This document shows, in pieces, positions 48,801-64,000 of a DNA stretch of 64,000 bases; positions within the stretch are counted from its first letter, which is position 1, and every line of letters starts with the position of its first letter. The notes below the pieces were generated by a model. The model did not search any database. It was given only the letters and a program-made list of their open reading frames with translations, and was not told where the DNA came from. The position numbers and the translations under genes were made by a program. Location: the NCBI GenBank assembly GCA_002269645.1, contig NIVC01000968.1, positions 21,455 through 85,454 of the forward strand. Direction: 5' to 3'. The DNA comes from Macrostomum lignano. Taxonomy: Eukaryota.

Positions 48801-50612
48801 CTGTATTCTCTGACATCTCCCTGTATTCTCTGACATCCTCCCCTGTATTCTCTGACATCTTCCCCTGTATTCTCTGACATCTCCCTGTATTCTCTGACAT
48901 CTCCCTGTATTCTCTGACATCTCCCTGTATTCTCTGACATCCTCCCCTGTATTCTCTGACATCTCCCTGTATTCTCTGACATCCTCCCCTGTATTCTCTG
49001 ACATCTCCCTGTATTCTCTGACATCTTCCCCTGTATTCTCTGACATCTCCCTGTATTCTCTGACATCCTCCCCTGTATTCTCTGACATCTCCCTGTATTC
49101 TCTGACATCCTCCCCTGTATTCTCTGACATCTCCCTGTATTCTCTGACATCTCCCTGTATTCTCTGACATCTCCCTGTATTCTCTGACATCTCCCTGTAT
49201 TCTCTGACATCTCCCTGTATTCTTTGACATCTTCCCCTGTATTCTCTGACATCTCCCTGTATTCTCTGACATCCTCCCCTGTATTCTCTGACATCCTATA
49301 TTCTCTGACATCTTCCCCTGTATTCTCTGACATCTCCCTGTATTCTCTGACACATTCGTATCTTATAAAACACCTCTCTGTACCACCCGACAGCTCCCAT
49401 ATCTCACCTGGCAACTCCCTGTCTCCCTGTATGAGCCAATGTTAGCCTACCACGTCAAAACTGTGCATAAACATGAATTTTACATTCTCACGCTGCCCAT
49501 TCCCACAGAGGCGTTTACCGGCTCTCAGTAGACCGGGTGAAGCTCAAGCTATACTATGACCTGCGCTACGCGATGAAGAAGCCGGTGATTCTGCGCATCG
49601 ACACAGACAGGGAGAACTGCTGCATGGCCATCCGGCTGCGGGTTCGCTGCGTTGGCGGCTCCAAGCCCTTCACCGATCTGGCGCGGATGAACCAGCTTGG
49701 CACCGCCGCCTACATCGAGGAGAAGGGCGAGTAAGTGAGACTGACCGGCCGTCCTGGGCTGGACCGGGCTTCCAGATCACTTGGGTTGAGCCAGCGTCCC
49801 AGATCCCATAGGGCTGAGTCAGCCTCCCAGATCCCATAGGGCTGAGTCAGCCTCCCAGATCCCATAGGGCTAGTCAGCCTCCCAGATCCCATAGGGCTGA
49901 GTCAGCCTCCCAGATCCCATAGGGCTGAGTCAGCCTCCCAGATCCCATAGGGCTGAGTCAGCCTCCCAGATCCCATAGGGCTAGTCAGCCTCCCAGATCC
50001 CATAGGGCTGAGTCAGCCTCCCAGATCCCATAGGGCTGAGTCAGCCTCCCAGATCCCATAGGGCTAGTCAGCCTCCCAGATCCCATAAGATGAGCCAGTC
50101 TCCCAGATCCCATAGGGCTAGTCAGCCTCCCAGATCCCATAGGGCTGAGTCAGCCTCCCAGATCCCATAGGGCTAGTCAGCCTCCCAGATCCCATAAGAT
50201 GAGCCAGTCTCCCAGATCCCATAGGGCTAGTCAGCCTCCCAGATCCCATAGGGTTGAGTCAGCCTCCCAGATCCCACAGGGCTGAGTCAGCCTCCCAGAT
50301 CCCATCGCGTGTTCACCCATTTCACCCAATCGCATCATTGCAGATGGCACGACTACCTGATTCACGCGCATGTCACAAGCGATGCACGAGTGTGGAAGTT
50401 GCGCGTGACAAATGTAAGCTATAATGGCTCAGTAACTGAATAAATTCGTTCATAAAAGTGTAATAATATATTAGATAATGATTCCAGTATTTCTTATTCG
50501 GTTCCAGCTAACCGAGGACCGCAGTCCGGACGCAGCCGCTGGCCGACTGTCGCTGTTGCAGCGGCTGCGGCAACTATTGCGGCGTCGGGCGCCTCTGCCC
50601 TCGGCTGTCTGA
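45846..50612 (+). CDS. C6orf136: C6orf136/DUF2358-like protein with a possible mitochondrial targeting N-terminus, ~341 aa
   Basis: Exons 45846-46097 (tentative), 47175-47456, 48324-48418, 49509-49730, 50344-50413 and 50508-50612 splice in frame. EEFLPRFFVSMMDYSLFTPDVVYINE resembles the recalled C6orf136 segment EELPKLFLQSHDYSLYSLDVEFINE. Confidence 0.7.
46095..47010. repeat. 33/34-bp minisatellite (C6orf136-like intron 1)
   Basis: Unit GTAGATTCAGTGGCAGTGGAGCCGGTTGCTAGG. Confidence 0.95.
47540..48005. repeat. 22-bp minisatellite
   Basis: Unit CAATGCCATAGATATCTGCCCA. Confidence 0.95.
48540..49350. repeat. 20/22-bp pyrimidine-rich minisatellite
   Basis: Unit TCTCTGACATCTCCCTGTAT. Confidence 0.95.
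49795..50305. repeat. 27/28-bp minisatellite
   Basis: Unit CCCAGATCCCATAGGGCTGAGTCAGCCT. Confidence 0.95.
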
Positions 50613-51523
50613 CTCTGCTGGCTTAAAAAATTAATTATCTACCTATGCCCAATGTCCAGTGTCTCAAATTCATAATTGTTCTAGCTATATAGTATTTCTG
50701 CTTAGATTTAATTAGCATAAACTTTACTGGGCAAGGGCGACTGTTTCAGGGGACAAGTGTGATTTCTTGGAAATTGAAAACTGGCCCAGCCTCGCCTTTA
50801 TCGGCTTTCCATCTCTGGCTGGCCCTTGGCTGTAGCAGCGGCGGCCGCCACTTTTACACTTATTTTTAGTTTTTAGTCCCGACACTCTGGCAGTTATGTG
50901 TAATAAGTAGGTCTGTATTTGCTTGTGCTCGCAGAATATTGTATTTAGTTAGGAAAATTATGAATTATTATTAATATTGTTACTTGTATGCGTAGTTGTA
51001 GCAACTTTTGGTTTGTCATTGAATTATTCGTGCTGTAGTTTAAGCAAGCTGATCAGTTTTCTCTCCTTATCTCACCATCATCTGTGCAGAAGGAAATACA
51101 CAAGTTTAGTGTAAGTTCTGGCTGAGAATCAAATCAGATTTGTCCGAAGAGACTTGCCTTTGAGCTGTTGATAAATTACAAAACTAAGCCTAATTAAAGT
51201 GCTAGCTTTGCTTGCTTATTTTCATCACTATACTACACTCGTAAAAAGCCAAGCAACGCTCTTTTGGCGAACTGGCTTTGAAAAAGATCTTAGAGACGAA
51301 GGTTGTCTATCTATCCAGTTGGCGCGCAAGGCATTATACTAAGTGCACAGAAATGCTATCATTTAAGCCAATCTGTCGACGAAATTGCGATGGAGGTTCG
51401 CTGCATCGCCCTCTCCCCCCAAAGGTATTTAACTGGACAGAATCAGAGGTCTTACTGTAATAATTATCAACTGAACTTCGAGTGTGTAATTAATAAAAAA
51501 TGAGATTAAATGTCGTTAATCCT

Positions 51524-61337
<9,814 letters not shown>

Positions 61338-61603
61338 AGTCTTCATCTAATTTGACGCGCAAATATGAAAGCCGCGATAAACATATAAACATATGTCACG
61401 ATAAACATATTTACAGTCGAGCCAAGAAAACGACGAAGGATTATCCACCTAAGGCTTACAGGACACCAGAGATCAGCGGATGATATGGACTTCAGGCAGT
61501 TTGATGAACTTGCTGACATTCTTTTGTGTATTTAATGTCAAACTTTCTGACTTTCTGTGCACTATTTTTACATTAAATTAATTTTGAGAACATACTATTC
61601 TTT

Positions 61604-61912
61604 GGGAATTGTAGCCTAGTGGTTAGAGCGTCGGACTCACGACTTGAAGGTCGGGGGGTTCGATTCCCGATCCTACTTGAAACAATTTGTGTCCTTCAGT
61701 AAGTCACTTAACTCTGCATTGCTTCAGTCCACCCAGCTGTAAAATGGGTGCCAGCATTATTTGGGGTAATTGATGGTGTGTTTGTGGCGATGGCGACCCC
61801 CCAGTCCTTGGACTGAACAGCCGTATGCAGCCTTCAGATGCGCCGCGCAATAGCTGCGGCTGAGCTGTCGGTTGCACATCTGACCCAATTATGGCAGGTA
61901 ATTATTATTATT
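61604..61912 (+). mobile_element. tRNA-derived SINE, full-length copy
   Basis: Box A TAGCCTAGTGG, box B GGTTCGATTCC, conserved central core, (ATT)n tail. Confidence 0.85.
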
Positions 61913-63191
61913 TTCTGCAATTCTCGATATTTTTCGTTGGATTCGAGGCTGTATTGCTGTCTCGGATGCGGTTCATTCTCTTGGATAGTTATTAATAAAG
62001 AATGTATTTGATATTCTGAATAGATGAAAAAATCTCAATAAGCTGTTTTCGGCCATCAATTTTACTTGCTAACAATTTCTGTACAGGTCTATTCGGGCAA
62101 CTGCACGGGTTTCATAGCAATTTGGAATTTAAAAGTTAGCAGCATTAGAGGCGTACATGTAATAGAAATTCTCCTGGCTGGGCCACCTTTATAAGGTCAT
62201 ATACTGAATTAATCTAAATTTCTTGGAAATCGAAAGCTAAAACATACCTAGCAAGCTTTTGCACCTTGCTGCCAGCTCTGTGTTGTTTAATATTTAGTGT
62301 GGCATCGTATTGCACAGCATCAATGGTGCACAAGTAATAATAATTTAAACAATCATAAACCCCAATTCAAGAATCTTTTTTAATCTGCAAAGTTAAACAT
62401 TTCTACGAGCTATCAGCGGTTAAAGCTTGGCTTTAATCAACAAAGAACCAATGCTCCTAATGAAAACGCCAGCGTCTAGAGTGATATGTCCAGGTCAATC
62501 CAGGCCAGGCCATGTCCAGCACAATGATGCCTAAATGGCTTGATCTAGATAGCAGTAATTCAGCTACAAGCATGCGTAGATTTCGTTCTTAAAACAAATT
62601 CAAGCTTTTTAGCCGCTAACTGCGCGATTCCAACAACGCCCTTGCTTCTTTGCTGCTTTGCAAGCCTGCTGCGAAAATGCGAGTGACAATGGCTACTTAT
62701 GGAGGAAGAATTCTGCTGTGCCTTTGCTACTGGGCCTGCTGAGCAGCGGTGCAGATGGTAATTAAGCTAATTATGCTGACCAGTGACACAGTAGCACTCA
62801 GGACTCCTACAATATAATAGAATAGCTTGAAAATACAGGTGCAGCTATTCTCAGATCGGATACTGCGATTCTTGGCTAAGCTAAAGTTTGCGAGCTTTGG
62901 AACTTTCCGTTATAAGGACTTTTATGGAATTAATGCACACCAGGTGGAGCAGGCGTTGGCAAACTCCGGCCTGCTACAAGCCTCTCTATCCGGCCATCGG
63001 GTCCTTTGAACTTCAAAATAACAATCCCGTTCTTTCAATGTTCGTGTCTCATTCTCCTATCTCATCTTTTCTCTCCTCTCAGGTAATGTAGCCCGCTTAC
63101 TGAAAAGTAAATAAATGAAAGTAATAATCAACATCAAGGACTATATTAAGTTACAAGTATAAATCCGGACTGGACTGATTTGATATGTACC

Positions 63192-63883
63192 CAAGGACAA
63201 CTTAAGTAGAAGGACGCAACAATCGAAATCTATGATAAATGTTTTGAAGGCAACTTTTCGCCGAAGAATACACTACAGAGATAGGTTTTAAAATTTTTCA
63301 GCACAAGCATTGTTATTGCTTTCGATAGGAGGCAGATCCAGTGTTCATCTTTTGATAGGTTGTGCTTTCCTTATTGCTCTATTGATATTCATAAAGCTTT
63401 TCGTTCGGAAAATTAGGATTCAATGTTCAATTCTTATTCTACGTACATTTGCATGTCTCCTGTGCCTAAAAATCATTAAAATGGCACGGCTCAGCTCATT
63501 GGTTTTATGAATCCATTTTGTCATTCTTAGCTGACTGTGTAACAGTATGTGTAACAGCGACTCACAAAAACAAAAATTCGAGCTGTGCCATGCATTTTAA
63601 TGATTTTTTGGTACAGGAAATGTACGTAGAAAAAAATAAGCATAGAATCCTAATTTTCTGAACGAAAAGCTTTATGAATATCAAAAAAGCTATAAGGAAG
63701 GCACAACATATCAAAAGATGAACATTGGGTCTTTCTCCTATCGAAAGCAATAACAATTTTTGTGCTGAAAAAATTTAAAACCTATCTCTGTAGTGTATTT
63801 TTCGGCGAAAAGTTGCCTTCAAAACATTTTACCATAGATTTCGAGTGTTGCGTCCTGTATATATGTTACTTGAGTTGTCCTTG
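63192..63883. mobile_element. Non-autonomous DNA transposon with long (~250 bp) imperfect TIRs
   Basis: CAAGGACAACT(T/C)AAGTA termini; left and right arms are reverse complements; related copy at 51635-52133. Confidence 0.7.
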
Positions 63884-64000
63884 TATTATACCACGCCTTT
63901 CCACCCAAACTTTGGACCCAGCTTTGTACTTAACTTTTAATTATTACTTTGTCAACTGTTATAATTTCTCAAATCAATGTATAGTATGAACAATTTCTTA

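Noticed and set aside
48447-49414. Three long minus-strand ORFs (MSENTG...)
   Set aside because: Translations of the 20/22-bp intronic array in all three frames.
1330-50305. Tandem arrays as CRISPR arrays
   Set aside because: Units are head-to-tail with no unique spacers, the context is eukaryotic and intronic, and no cas genes are present.
61604-61680. Functional tRNA gene
   Set aside because: The tRNA-like head continues into a shared core and an (ATT)n tail, with diverged copies elsewhere; it is a SINE.

Overview
Eukaryotic (metazoan) genomic DNA; the GC-rich exons and introns packed with simple repeats suggest a free-living flatworm such as Macrostomum, but that is inference. Four spliced genes could be reconstructed by hand with consistent exon phases: (1) a Crk-like SH2-SH3-SH3 adaptor on the minus strand (9485-17412, ~302 aa); (2) a full-length NUP210/gp210 nucleoporin on the plus strand (20895-44381, 13 exons, ~2017 aa); (3) a C6orf136/DUF2358-like gene (45846-50612); (4) a ~1320-aa type-I membrane protein with two F-type-lectin/discoidin-like domains and seven or more atypical Ig-like domains (51524-61337). 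Mobile DNA includes a young Ty3/Gypsy (Mag-like) LTR element, a decayed Penelope-like element, a DD37D (maT) Tc1/mariner fragment, three tRNA-derived SINE copies and several MITEs. At least 16 minisatellite arrays are present, mostly intronic. The most unusual signal is that several intronic arrays are built from units that each read as a tiny GT...AG intron, and the NUP210 introns holding them are phase-0 introns at AG|GT junctions. All homology calls come from recalled family motifs; no database search was run.
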